From positions 1 through 50,441 of the forward strand of contig CANNNV010000001.1 of the NCBI GenBank assembly GCA_947506155.1: 50,441 nt of DNA, written 5' to 3'. How positions within the stretch are numbered: position 1 is the stretch's first letter; every line of letters begins with the position of its first letter. The notes beneath the pieces are model-generated. The model saw only the letters and a list, made by a program, of their open reading frames with translations. It made no database searches and was not told the origin of the DNA. Position numbers and translations under genes: made by a program. Shown one piece after another: positions 9,862 through 19,853 of the stretch. Origin of the DNA: Methylococcaceae bacterium (GTDB lineage: Bacteria; Pseudomonadota; Gammaproteobacteria; Methylococcales; Methylomonadaceae).

Positions 9862-12543
9862 ATGGGTCCACATTATTTGAATCGATTTTTTAACCCAAAA
9901 TCTGTTGCTATCGTTGGAGCATCTGAACGTGAAGCTAGCGTGGGTTACCGATTATTGCTTAATATGCAAGAGGCAGGTTTTAAAGGTGAGCTTTATCCGG
10001 TAAATAACAAACGTGAAACCTTATTAGGAATAAAAGCCTATCCTGATTTGAATGCTGTTCCTGGGGATATTGACTTGGTGGTGATCGCCACACCAGCGGA
10101 GAGTGTTCCTGGCATTGTGCGTCAGTGCGGAGAAAAAGGTGTTATTTCAGTCATTATTATCAGCGCTGGATTCGGTGAGCTGGGTGCACAAGGTAAGCGT
10201 CTTGAGCAAGAAGTTCTCGATATTGCCCGTCGCTACAACATCCGCATCATCGGCCCCAACTGTTTGGGCGTGGTTCGTCCCAGTGGACAGCTTAATGCGA
10301 CCTTTGGCGATGGCACGATCAATGACGGCAATCTAGCGCTGCTATCTCAATCAGGGGCGGTGTGTACAGCGATTCTGGATTGGGCTAAGTCACAGGACAT
10401 CGGCTTTTCAACCGTGGTGTCGATGGGCAGTGCAGCGGATATTGATTTTGGCGAAATGCTGGATTATTTGGCGACCGACAGTAAAACTAGCGGTATTTTA
10501 TTGTATGTTGAAGGTATACACGATGCCCGTCGTTTTTTGAGTGGCCTGAAAGCCGCTGCACGCTTAAAGCCAGTGATATTAATCAAATCCGGTCGTCATG
10601 AGGCGGGCTGTAAAGCGGCTATGTCGCATACCGGCGCGATGGTTGGTGGAGACAATGTATTTGATGCCGCCATTGCGAGGGCTGGCGTAGTTAGAGTATA
10701 CAATATCAATGATTTATTCTCTGCTGCCCGAGTTTTAGCTAATAATTATGTGGTTAAAAAAGACCGGCTGGCTATCATCACTAATGCTGGTGGTCCTGGT
10801 GTTATGAGTACTGATCGCGCGGAAGATGTCGGTATACAGATGGCGGAACTGAGTCCTGAGAGCATAGTTGCACTGGATCAGGTTTTACCGGTGCATTGGT
10901 CCCATGCCAATCCTGTCGATATTTTGGGTGATGCGACGTCTGAACGTTACCAGAAAGCCTTAGAAATTTGCCTTAACGATAAAAATATCGACGGTATCTT
11001 GGTTATTTTGACACCTCAGGCGATGACCAATCCAACTCAGGTGGCTGAGTGTATTATTGAAGGCGCTAAAACCAGTAAAAAACCGGTATTGGCTTCATGG
11101 ACAGGTGGTGCGCGTGTACAGGAAGGCCGTAATCTTTTTGCCAACAGCAAAGTGGCTCATTTTAATACCCCAGAAATGGCTGTTGATGCGTTTTCATTTT
11201 TATCTAGCTATACCCAAAATCAAATTCTGCTTAAACAAATTCCTTCGCCTATCGATGAATTAGCCGTGCCTGACGTTGCAGGCGCCCGCTTGATAATTGA
11301 ACGGGTGCTGTCCGAAGGCCGGTCGGTGTTAACCGCGCAAGAATCTAAAGCTATACTTTCCGCATTTCATATCCCGGTTACTCAGACCATTAAGGTTTCC
11401 AGTGCTATGGATGCAATGATTGCCGCAGAAACATTGGGATTTCCTGTGGTTTTGAAAATTAATATGGTCGAATTTAGCCATAAATCGGATATTGGTGGTG
11501 TGCGCCTCAATATCAATAGCGTGCAGGAAATTTCGCACAATTTTCTAGAAATGGAAACCGCGATTAAACAAAAATATCCCGAAATTACCGAAGTTGGTAT
11601 GACGGTTGAGCCTATGTTCCGCTCCACCAGTGGTCGTGAGTTGATGATAGGCGTGGTCAGAGATCCGGTATTTGGTCCCGCGATTAGCTTTGGCTTAGGC
11701 GGAACTATGGTGGAAATTTTTCAAGATAATGCCGTCGCTCTACCACCGCTAAATGCCTATATGGTTGAGCAAATGATTGCTAAAACTAAGGCAGCAAAAT
11801 ATCTGGAGGCATTCCGTCAATTACCGGCGGTGAATAAAACACCTCTGGTAGAGGTATTGCTTAATATTTCAACGATGGTCAGTGAGCTGCCGGAGATTTT
11901 AGAGCTGGATATTAATCCCTTGATAGTTGATGAGCACGGAGTGATGGCGGTTGATGCCCGTATTAAAGTAAAAGTCTCGCATCAGCTTTCTCCTTATGCG
12001 CATATGGCGATCCATCCTTATCCACATGAATTAAGTCGTGAGTACCAATTAACTAACGGTTCTATTATTACAATTAGACCGATACGCCCAGAAGATGCAG
12101 GTATGGAAAAAGATTTTGTGCATCGCTTATCTGAGCGTACTAAATATTTTCGTTTTATGCAGTCTTTGCAGGAATTAACACCGGAAATGGTGGTGCGATT
12201 TACTCAAATCGATTACGACCGTGAAATGGCTTTTGTGGCGATAACCAAGGATGGGAAAATGCCGAATGAATTAGGCGTAGGTCGATATATGGTTAATCCT
12301 GATGGGCATTCGGTAGAATTTGCATTGGTCGTTGCCGATGATTTTCAGCATATGGGCATCGGTACTAAATTGATGAAAATCATGTTGCAAACCGCCAAAG
12401 CTAAAGGCATGTCATCTTTTGAAGGCGAAGTTTTGGCTATAAACAAGCCGATGCTGTCATTAGTTACCAAGCTTGGCTTTAGCATCGAGACCATCGCCGG
12501 GGATCAAGAAGTGGTGCGCGTTGTTAAGAATTTTAGGCAATAA
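9862..12543 (+). CDS. Pat/PatZ-type protein: NDP-forming acyl-CoA synthetase domains fused to a GNAT acetyltransferase
   Basis: 'FFNPKSVAIVGAS', 'IIGPNCLG', 'SQSGA', 'AAMSHTGA', 'NPVDILGDA', ATP-grasp 'HKSDIGGV', 'ELDINPL', C-terminal GNAT 'IRPIRPED...QHMGIGTKLM'. Confidence 0.9.
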   Translation: MGPHYLNRFFNPKSVAIVGASEREASVGYRLLLNMQEAGFKGELYPVNNKRETLLGIKAYPDLNAVPGDIDLVVIATPAESVPGIVRQCGEKGVISVIIISAGFGELGAQGKRLEQEVLDIARRYNIRIIGPNCLGVVRPSGQLNATFGDGTINDGNLALLSQSGAVCTAILDWAKSQDIGFSTVVSMGSAADIDFGEMLDYLATDSKTSGILLYVEGIHDARRFLSGLKAAARLKPVILIKSGRHEAGCKAAMSHTGAMVGGDNVFDAAIARAGVVRVYNINDLFSAARVLANNYVVKKDRLAIITNAGGPGVMSTDRAEDVGIQMAELSPESIVALDQVLPVHWSHANPVDILGDATSERYQKALEICLNDKNIDGILVILTPQAMTNPTQVAECIIEGAKTSKKPVLASWTGGARVQEGRNLFANSKVAHFNTPEMAVDAFSFLSSYTQNQILLKQIPSPIDELAVPDVAGARLIIERVLSEGRSVLTAQESKAILSAFHIPVTQTIKVSSAMDAMIAAETLGFPVVLKINMVEFSHKSDIGGVRLNINSVQEISHNFLEMETAIKQKYPEITEVGMTVEPMFRSTSGRELMIGVVRDPVFGPAISFGLGGTMVEIFQDNAVALPPLNAYMVEQMIAKTKAAKYLEAFRQLPAVNKTPLVEVLLNISTMVSELPEILELDINPLIVDEHGVMAVDARIKVKVSHQLSPYAHMAIHPYPHELSREYQLTNGSIITIRPIRPEDAGMEKDFVHRLSERTKYFRFMQSLQELTPEMVVRFTQIDYDREMAFVAITKDGKMPNELGVGRYMVNPDGHSVEFALVVADDFQHMGIGTKLMKIMLQTAKAKGMSSFEGEVLAINKPMLSLVTKLGFSIETIAGDQEVVRVVKNFRQ

Positions 12544-12553
12544 GAAATAGGCG

Positions 12554-12581
12554 TGTAGGGGCGAATAAATTTGCCCCTACA
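12554..12581. repeat. GTAG-type REP-like palindrome, probable bidirectional terminator; contains the lnt stop codon
   Basis: TGTAGGGGC-GAATAAATTT-GCCCCTACA between convergent genes. Confidence 0.7.
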
Positions 12582-14094
12582 GATGCTCATTTCTCAGCTT
12601 AGTGCGTATGTATGCGCTTAACAGCAAAATAATCATCCCTCCAATAATGGGTTTGTCACCTAAGCTTGCATAAGGCGTCATGCCGCCCATCGGGATTACC
12701 ATTCCGGTTAATACTGTTTCTTTAAATGAAACTGCCTGAGTGACAATCTCTCCCTTCGTAGAAACAATTGCAGTCATACCAGTATTGGTTGCTCGCAATA
12801 AAAATCGTCCTGTTTCCATCGCCCGCATTCTTGCCATTTGTAAGTGCTGGTGAGGTTCTATGGTATCGCCGAACCAGCCATCGTTGGTCACATTAACCAG
12901 ATAGGCCGCTTCCGGTAAACCGTGAATACTCAATTCGCCAAAGGCATCTTCATAACATATTAGCGTTATAAATGGGTAGCCACCGGCTTTTAACAAAGCC
13001 TGGCTTATTGTCCCAGGCGTAAAATCACCCAATCTTATATGTATCAGATCCAACACAAAAGTCGATAAAGGTTGTAAAGGCTGATATTCGCCAAAAGGTA
13101 ATAAATGGATTTTACGATACATGCCAGGTTCTTGGCCTAGGGTTACTACGGCATTGAATATTTTTTTCGGGGACTCTTGTACCGGAACACTGATAATTAA
13201 ATCGGTATTGTGCAACTTGGCATTATTGGCTAGAGGCTCTAAAAAAGTGTCTTTAACTTGATCAAGATAAGCGGGTATTGCAGTTTCTGGCCAGATAATG
13301 ACTTTTGAATCCCAATGCTCTTCGGTCATCTTTTTATATTTTAACAGCGTGTTGATCTTATTTTCTGGTCGCCACTTTTGATCTTGTGCGATATTGCCTT
13401 GAATCATTGAAACACGTATTGGCTGACCAATTTCATGGGTCCAGGTTTGATTGCGCAATAAGTCACCCGTTGCCCAGAGGCCTGTAATCGTTATTATTAA
13501 GCCTAGCACCGAATTCATTCGCCTTAAATGAATCAACTCGCCTAGCATTTTTACCATCAGTGTAGCGGTTAACGCGAGTATAAAGCCGGTACCATAAACT
13601 CCTACTAACGGAATGTATCCTGCCAGTGGCGTCTCTAATTGAGAATAGGCAATTTGCAACCAGGGAAAACCGTTCAGTAGCCAATAGCCTCGAAGATATT
13701 CTACAAGTATCCAGATACTCGGTATTATTAAAACCTGAGCAACTCGCTTGTTTATAGACATTGTTTTTACTATAAGGTAGCCAGATAGCGCAGGGAAAAT
13801 TGCCCAAAAAGCAACGAACAAAGCAGTCAATAAACTCGCACCGAGTACACCGGCCCCGCCAAAATCGTGCATGCTAATATAGACCCAGGATACGCCGGAA
13901 CCAAAAGAGCCCAAGCCAAATAAATAGCCTCTTAAGGCGGCGCGCTTAGGTGAAATGTTCTGCCAGCAAGCAAACAAGAACACTAGCGCTACCAGAGCTA
14001 AATAGGCATAATCAAAAGGGGAAAAAGATAAAGTAAGTAAAAGCCCGGCAATGATTGCACAAAAATCCCAATAGTTACTGTTTGAATGACACAT
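12577..14094 (-). CDS. lnt: Apolipoprotein N-acyltransferase
   Basis: 'GFPWLQIAYSQ', 'IQGNIAQDQKW', 'WPETA', 'K.HLLPFGEY', 'LICYED', 'VTNDGWFG', 'RATNTG'. Confidence 0.95.
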   Translation of the reverse strand: MCHSNSNYWDFCAIIAGLLLTLSFSPFDYAYLALVALVFLFACWQNISPKRAALRGYLFGLGSFGSGVSWVYISMHDFGGAGVLGASLLTALFVAFWAIFPALSGYLIVKTMSINKRVAQVLIIPSIWILVEYLRGYWLLNGFPWLQIAYSQLETPLAGYIPLVGVYGTGFILALTATLMVKMLGELIHLRRMNSVLGLIITITGLWATGDLLRNQTWTHEIGQPIRVSMIQGNIAQDQKWRPENKINTLLKYKKMTEEHWDSKVIIWPETAIPAYLDQVKDTFLEPLANNAKLHNTDLIISVPVQESPKKIFNAVVTLGQEPGMYRKIHLLPFGEYQPLQPLSTFVLDLIHIRLGDFTPGTISQALLKAGGYPFITLICYEDAFGELSIHGLPEAAYLVNVTNDGWFGDTIEPHQHLQMARMRAMETGRFLLRATNTGMTAIVSTKGEIVTQAVSFKETVLTGMVIPMGGMTPYASLGDKPIIGGMIILLLSAYIRTKLRNEHL

Positions 14095-14364
14095 ATTTTT
14101 TAACTTGGCTTAGGTGCGTTTATCGCAATGCTTGTTGGAATTAGCTGCCATAATACCAAAATTCAAGTACTGGACTATTATCCTGTTATTCAATACTGCC
14201 TGCATCTAGGAGTATATTTTGAAAATTGTAAAACTGCCTAAGCCGATGCGTATGGTATGGGGAAGTGCGATAGCGTACTGGCTTTCAGGTGTTATCAACC
14301 CAGCTTTTATTGCGATTGCGGTGATGATTATATTGTTCATTCCTATTTTTCTTGCCGTGTAGCC

Positions 14365-15315
14365 ATGAAAGTAGCGTTATTAATTTTTATACTGTTGTCG
14401 CTATCTTCGTTTACGGTTATTGGCCAGAAACTCTATAAATTTCAGGACAAACAAGGCATATGGCATTTTACTGACAAGCCAAACGGGATTGCTGATCAGA
14501 AAAAACTAGAAGTTAGGCAGCTTAAAGTAGCCCCCAAACAATTAGTCTGGTTATTGCAATCGGGTGAACAGCAGCATCCTCAATTTTATATCCGCAATGA
14601 TTATGTCGGCCCTGTGGAAGTTGAAGTTGATTTTTCTGAACGGGATAATGTCAGCACTACGCCAGATTTACCTCAGCGATTTGTTATTGAACCTGGAAAA
14701 TCAGATACGCTTTTTGCAGTAAAGGGCATCAATGAGCTTGAATCATGGCGGCTTGCGATTAAATATCGTTATATCATCGGCAGTCCTTTGGCTGATTATC
14801 GCTCTACGGCAAGTTATTGGCCGCCGCTAGCGCCCAATGCCTCGTTCCAAATCTCCCAGGCCTTTGGCGGTAGTTTTAGTCATAATGATGAGCAGAATTT
14901 TTATGCCGTAGATATTGCAATGCCCATAGGTACGCCGGTTTACGCGGCTAGATCTGGATTGGTTTTGGAAGTCGATAATGATTTTTATAACGGTGGCAGT
15001 AATAAAGCGTACAGTTTCGAAGCCAACAGCATCCGAATTTTGCATGATGATGGTGCAATGACGGTTTATGCGCATTTAGAATTGGAAAAAGCCCAGGTTT
15101 ATCCGGGTTTGGCGGTGACCGCAGGACAATTAATCGGCTATTCAGGCAATACCGGTTTTTCTTCTGGCCCACATTTACATTTTGCCGTTCAGATCAATAA
15201 AGGCATGGCGCTGGTTGCAGTGCCGTTTATGTTTATTAATTCGCAAGGTTTAGCCGAAAAACCCATGGTCAGTGCATGGCTTAAAGGACTGGCGCCGAGT
15301 CATGGCGTAGAATGA
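14365..15315 (+). CDS. Secreted M23 family peptidase with N-terminal DUF4124-like domain
   Basis: Likely start ATG 14365 gives a signal peptide (MKVALLIFILLSL); 'YKFQDKQGIWHFTDKP'; M23 'AVDIAMPIGTPVYAARSG', 'YAHL', 'SGNTGFSSGPHLHF'. Confidence 0.85.
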   Translation: MKVALLIFILLSLSSFTVIGQKLYKFQDKQGIWHFTDKPNGIADQKKLEVRQLKVAPKQLVWLLQSGEQQHPQFYIRNDYVGPVEVEVDFSERDNVSTTPDLPQRFVIEPGKSDTLFAVKGINELESWRLAIKYRYIIGSPLADYRSTASYWPPLAPNASFQISQAFGGSFSHNDEQNFYAVDIAMPIGTPVYAARSGLVLEVDNDFYNGGSNKAYSFEANSIRILHDDGAMTVYAHLELEKAQVYPGLAVTAGQLIGYSGNTGFSSGPHLHFAVQINKGMALVAVPFMFINSQGLAEKPMVSAWLKGLAPSHGVE

Positions 15316-15344
15316 ATAAAAGTTATGTTTATTGAGAAGGTTAA

Positions 15345-17357
15345 GTGAAGAAAAAGTTTAAAATTCACAGCCGATTTCAGCCGGCCGGTGATCAGCCTAG
15401 CGCGATTAAAGCCTTGGTTGACGGTCTGAATGATGGCGAAGTGCATCAGACCTTGCTCGGCGTGACCGGTTCCGGCAAAACCTTTACCATAGCCAATGTG
15501 ATCCATCAGACTCAGCGCCCGGCGATGATCATGGCGCCTAATAAAACGTTGGCTGCACAATTGTACGGTGAGATGAAAGAGTTTTTCCCGGAAAACAGCG
15601 TTGAATATTTTGTCTCCTATTACGATTATTATCAACCTGAAGCCTATGTGCCGGCTTCTGACACCTTCATCGACAAAGACGCGGCGATTAACGAGCATAT
15701 CGAACAAATGCGCTTGTCAGCAACCAAAGCACTCATCGAGCGGGACGATACTATCGTCGTCGCAACGGTTTCGGCTATTTACGGCCTGGGCGAGCCGGAA
15801 TCGTACTTCAAAATGGTGTTGCACCTAGTCAGAGGCGACATGATCAACCAGCGCGACATCCTGCGTCGGTTGGCAGAAATGCAATACACCCGCAATGACA
15901 TCGAGCTTCGTCGTGCAACCTACCGGGTGCGTGGCGAAGTGATTGATGTGCATCCTGCCGAGTCAGATAGCGAGGCGTTACGGATCGAGTTATTCGATGA
16001 TGAGGTGGAGCGCTTGTCTTTATTTGATCCGTTGACCGGCGAAATTATCAGGCGCCTAGAACGCTATACCATTTACCCGAAAAGCCATTATGTGACGCCA
16101 AGAGAACAATTATTGGCAGCAGTTGAGGCCATTAAAATAGAGCTTAAGCAACGTCTGGAGCAATTGCGCTCGTTGAACAAACTGGTCGAGGCGCAGCGAC
16201 TGGAGCAGCGGACGCTATTTGATATTGAGATGATACTGGAAGTCGGCTATTGCTCCGGCATTGAAAATTATTCCCGTTATCTGTCCGGCAGAAGCTCAGG
16301 CGAGTCGCCACCGACGATGTTTGATTATTTACGCGACAATGCGCTAGTGATTATCGACGAAAGCCATGTTGCAGTGCCGCAGATCGGCGCGATGTATAAA
16401 GGCGATCGCTCGCGCAAGGAAACCTTGGTTGAATACGGCTTCAGACTGCCGTCCGCGCTGGATAATAGGCCGTTGATGTTTGATGAGTTTGAAGCGAAAG
16501 CGCGGCAACGGATTTATGTATCGGCAACACCTGGGCCTTATGAACGCGAGTATTCCGGCGTGTTTGCCGAGCAACTGGTCAGGCCGACCGGTCTGCTGGA
16601 CCCGATTGTGGAAGTGCGTCCCGCGACCACACAGATCGATGATTTATTATCGGAAATCAACAAACGGGTGATTTTAAAAGAGCGGGTACTGGTGACCACC
16701 TTAACCAAACGCATGTCCGAAGATTTAACCGAATATCTGGCTGAGCATGGGATAAAAGTGAGTTATCTGCATTCCGACATCGATACCGTGGAGCGGGTCG
16801 AGATCATCCGGGATTTACGGTTAGGCCAGTTTGATGTGCTGGTCGGTATCAACCTGTTGCGCGAAGGCCTAGATATACCGGAAGTGTCATTGGTTGCGAT
16901 ACTGGATGCCGACAAGGAAGGCTTTTTGCGTTCAGTGGTGTCGCTGGTGCAAACCATCGGTCGGGCAGCTAGAAACGTCAATGGCAAGGCGATTTTATAC
17001 GGTGATAAAATCACCAAATCAATGCAGCAGGCCCTGGATGAAACCGAGCGCCGCCGGGAAAAACAGCATCAATTTAATGTTGAGCATCATATAACGCCGA
17101 TGACTATTGTGAAGTCGGTAACCGATATTCTGCAAGTGTCGATACCCGGCTCGGGGCTGACCAGCGCCACTAAGCTGCTAAGTAAAGTTGCCGAATTTCC
17201 AGCTGATTACATAGCGTCTTTGACACCCAAGCAGGCAAGCAAAAAACTGAAACAGCTGGAAGATGCGATGTACCAGCACGCGAAAAATCTGGAATTTGAA
17301 CAGGCCGCAAAAATCAGAGATGAGATCAAAGTGTTACAAGAATTGCTGTTGCTGTAA
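15345..17357 (+). CDS. uvrB: Excinuclease ABC subunit B
   Basis: 'PAGDQP', '[10 protein letters not shown]', '[16 protein letters not shown]', 'DESH', '[10 protein letters not shown]', C-terminal UVR coil. Confidence 0.98.
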   Translation: MKKKFKIHSRFQPAGDQPSAIKALVDGLNDGEVHQTLLGVTGSGKTFTIANVIHQTQRPAMIMAPNKTLAAQLYGEMKEFFPENSVEYFVSYYDYYQPEAYVPASDTFIDKDAAINEHIEQMRLSATKALIERDDTIVVATVSAIYGLGEPESYFKMVLHLVRGDMINQRDILRRLAEMQYTRNDIELRRATYRVRGEVIDVHPAESDSEALRIELFDDEVERLSLFDPLTGEIIRRLERYTIYPKSHYVTPREQLLAAVEAIKIELKQRLEQLRSLNKLVEAQRLEQRTLFDIEMILEVGYCSGIENYSRYLSGRSSGESPPTMFDYLRDNALVIIDESHVAVPQIGAMYKGDRSRKETLVEYGFRLPSALDNRPLMFDEFEAKARQRIYVSATPGPYEREYSGVFAEQLVRPTGLLDPIVEVRPATTQIDDLLSEINKRVILKERVLVTTLTKRMSEDLTEYLAEHGIKVSYLHSDIDTVERVEIIRDLRLGQFDVLVGINLLREGLDIPEVSLVAILDADKEGFLRSVVSLVQTIGRAARNVNGKAILYGDKITKSMQQALDETERRREKQHQFNVEHHITPMTIVKSVTDILQVSIPGSGLTSATKLLSKVAEFPADYIASLTPKQASKKLKQLEDAMYQHAKNLEFEQAAKIRDEIKVLQELLLL

Positions 17358-17360
17358 GTT

Positions 17361-17429
17361 TTTTTTGTAGGAGTGACGGCTCGTCGCTCTGATGTTAAGA
17401 TTTTTTGTAGGAGCGTGGCTCGTCGCTCT
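17361..17429 (+). repeat. Tandem pair of GTAG-type REP-like palindromes (40-bp period)
   Basis: TTTTTTGTAGGAGTGACGGCTCGTCGCTCT followed by TTTTTTGTAGGAGCGTGGCTCGTCGCTCT. Confidence 0.7.
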
Positions 17430-17488
17430 TAGCCTGCCATAATCCGGTACAATCTATCATCACTGCACGTATCGAGTTTTCAATAGCC

Positions 17489-18823
17489 ATGAGTCTGCGT
17501 TATCAAATCAACCTGCGAATTTTGATCTCTTCCCTGGGCATACTGTTATTGGGTAGTTGGATTACCATTTGGCAGGCCCGTGATGCGGTGAATAAAGAAC
17601 TCGATTCATCGATCAATCTGGTCGTAGAGCTGATAACCTTTGGCTTTTCTCAAGTCTCGCCAACACCGTTTAATGAAACTGATTGGCTGCCGAAACTTAA
17701 TCTACTCAATCAAACCCGACATTTAAGCGTACAACTGAAAGAACCTTCAGGACGTCTACTCAGTTTTGCCCCTAAAAACCTGCAAACCCATCATGACGAA
17801 AAACCTCCCCGGTGGTTTATCAATCTGGTTGCCGTTAACTATCCTGAGGTTGTGCATCAAATCACCCGTGCCAATGGTGAACATATCACCCTGATTATTC
17901 AGGCCAATCCCTTGGACGAACTGACCGAAGCCTGGCAAGAAAGCATAGGTTTTTTTAGCTCGTTTTTTCTGCTAACACTGTTCACCTTTTTGGCAGTTAA
18001 TCTGGCTTTCAACAAGGCCCTTAAATCGATAGATGTGATTGTTAGCGCACTAAAGGCGATTGAAATAGGCCAATATCAGCAAAAACTACCGGATTTTTCC
18101 ATCCGTGAATATGACAGTATTGCCAAAGCCATCAATCACATGACCGGCGAACTCAATGTCAGCCGGCAACAAAATCGGGCTTTAACCCAGCATACTCTGG
18201 AAATACAGGAAGATGAGAGGCGGCGGCTTTCTCAGGAATTGCATGATGAGTTGGGGCAATCGCTGACCGCCATTAAAGTTATGGCGGTGACTGCAGGGCG
18301 ATCCCAAGCTGGAGCTGTCGATATTAAGCAAACCACTGATGTTATAGTCAGCATCTGCGATCATTTAATGACGGTAGTGCGTTCCATGATGCGTCAATTG
18401 CATCCGTTGGTATTGACTGAATTGGGACTGAAAGCAACAATGGAGGATTTGTTAAACCATTGGTCAATTAGAAATCCAGACTTAAAACTTACCATTGACT
18501 GCCCTGAGGCAGTTGACCATTTGGAGCAAAAGATCGCGATTCAGGTTTATAGAGTGGTTCAGGAGTGTTTAACCAATATTGTGCGCCATGCACAAGCCAG
18601 ACACGCCTCCATCACCTTGGCAATTGAATCGCAACCCGTGAGCGGAGTCGCTCTACGACTAAAAGTAACCGACGATGGACAAGGCTGTACTGTCGACAAC
18701 ATTAACACCGGTTTTGGTTTATTGAGTATGAAAGAACGAATCAACAGTCTGGGTGGCGACTTCACCCTACAGACCCAGCCACAACAGGGTATGAGCGTTA
18801 TCGCGACTATTCCGCTGCGATGA
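17489..18823 (+). CDS. Membrane sensor histidine kinase, HisKA_3 type (MoxY/MxaY/MxcQ-like)
   Basis: Two TM segments around a periplasmic domain of LapD/MoxY N-terminal style, HAMP, 'EDERRRLSQELHDELGQSLTAI', 'QECLTNIVRHA', 'DDGQG...GFGLLSMKERI'. Confidence 0.85.
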   Translation: MSLRYQINLRILISSLGILLLGSWITIWQARDAVNKELDSSINLVVELITFGFSQVSPTPFNETDWLPKLNLLNQTRHLSVQLKEPSGRLLSFAPKNLQTHHDEKPPRWFINLVAVNYPEVVHQITRANGEHITLIIQANPLDELTEAWQESIGFFSSFFLLTLFTFLAVNLAFNKALKSIDVIVSALKAIEIGQYQQKLPDFSIREYDSIAKAINHMTGELNVSRQQNRALTQHTLEIQEDERRRLSQELHDELGQSLTAIKVMAVTAGRSQAGAVDIKQTTDVIVSICDHLMTVVRSMMRQLHPLVLTELGLKATMEDLLNHWSIRNPDLKLTIDCPEAVDHLEQKIAIQVYRVVQECLTNIVRHAQARHASITLAIESQPVSGVALRLKVTDDGQGCTVDNINTGFGLLSMKERINSLGGDFTLQTQPQQGMSVIATIPLR

Positions 18824-19461
18824 AAAACACGATAAAAGTCATATTAGTCGATGACCATGCCGTAGTGCGCGCGGGCTTCAGGATGTTGTTGTCTACGGTA
18901 GCCGATATTGAAGTGATCGCCGAAGCCGATCGCGGCGAAGCGGCCTGCCAGTTGTATCTGGAGCAACAGCCGGACGTAATGGTGCTGGATTTATCGATGC
19001 CTGGTATCGGCGGACTGGAAAGCATACGCCGAATCTGCGGCCGCGACGCTGCTGCCAGAATATTAGTATTCAGTGTGCATGATGAAAAAGTTTATGTGGA
19101 CAGAGCCATGCAGGCTGGTGCAAAAGGCTATATTACCAAGAATAGCGCCCCTGGCATCCTTGTTACCGCAATACAGAAAATAGCTGCCGGCGAGATTTAT
19201 ATCGAACGGGGCTTAACAAAACAGGGCTTCCAAAGCAGCGAGACCGATTATCAAGGCCTTATAGAATCGCTGTCCGCCAGAGAGTTCGATATATTTTTGC
19301 TGTTGGCAAAGGGTTTGACCGCGCATAAAATCGCCAACGAACTTTGTCTAAGTTATAAAACCGTCGCCAATTACGGCACGCAAATAAAAAGCAAGCTTAA
19401 GGTATCATCTAGCGCTGAACTGGCACATATCGCGCTGGCGCTGGGGGTGATGAAAAATTAA
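18820..19461 (+). CDS. NarL/LuxR family response regulator (MoxX/MxcE-like)
   Basis: 'LVDDHAVVRAGF', 'LDLSMPG', LuxR HTH 'LSAREFDIF.LLAKG...IANELCLSYKTV'. ATGA overlap with the kinase. Confidence 0.88.
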   Translation: MKNTIKVILVDDHAVVRAGFRMLLSTVADIEVIAEADRGEAACQLYLEQQPDVMVLDLSMPGIGGLESIRRICGRDAAARILVFSVHDEKVYVDRAMQAGAKGYITKNSAPGILVTAIQKIAAGEIYIERGLTKQGFQSSETDYQGLIESLSAREFDIFLLLAKGLTAHKIANELCLSYKTVANYGTQIKSKLKVSSSAELAHIALALGVMKN

Positions 19462-19628
19462 TTTACCTTCCGTTTGGCCGTCATAATTGGCTTTTGGATG
19501 CAACTCTCGGTAGAATTTGAATTAGCTTGGCTATTAAAAAAAATACAAATTAAAATATCTGACGCAAAGAGTCAGCCCATTGCGACAGCATCGTGGCTAT
19601 TTCGATAGTCCAAAACCGGAAATTTAAA

Positions 19629-19853
19629 ATGCACACCCTCACACGTATAGAAACGGTTGATCAGAGCGGGTTTATACACCTTCAACTCGAAAAGTCGGCA
19701 GGCACTAAAGTACGGATTATCATCGAAGATCTTGGCCCAGATCAGACGGTGACAGCCGCTGAAAACTTGGCCTTGGCCAGACTGCAGGAACAGAGCGGTT
19801 TTGTCCAACATGTTCTAGGCTCGGCTGCGGAGGATGTCTGGAATGACTTGTGA
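19629..19853 (+). CDS. Putative antitoxin (74 aa; acidic 'EDVWNDL' C-terminus)
   Basis: Small ORF overlapping the start of a PemK/MazF-like domain. The C-terminal 'AAEDVWNDL' resembles the 'EDxxWxDL' tail of DUF2281-type partners of PemK-like toxins. ATG 19629 preferred over GTG 19593. Confidence 0.7.
   Translation: MHTLTRIETVDQSGFIHLQLEKSAGTKVRIIIEDLGPDQTVTAAENLALARLQEQSGFVQHVLGSAAEDVWNDL

Noticed and set aside
14866-14874. GGCGGTAG ops/JUMPstart-like octamer
   Set aside because: Inside the M23 peptidase CDS, about 5 kb before the polysaccharide locus; no ops element seen at the locus start.
19559-19576. GACGCAAAG resembling the c-di-GMP-I riboswitch core
   Set aside because: No upstream GGCAAAC/GNRA P2 stem; it is just a small CTGAC/GTCAG hairpin.
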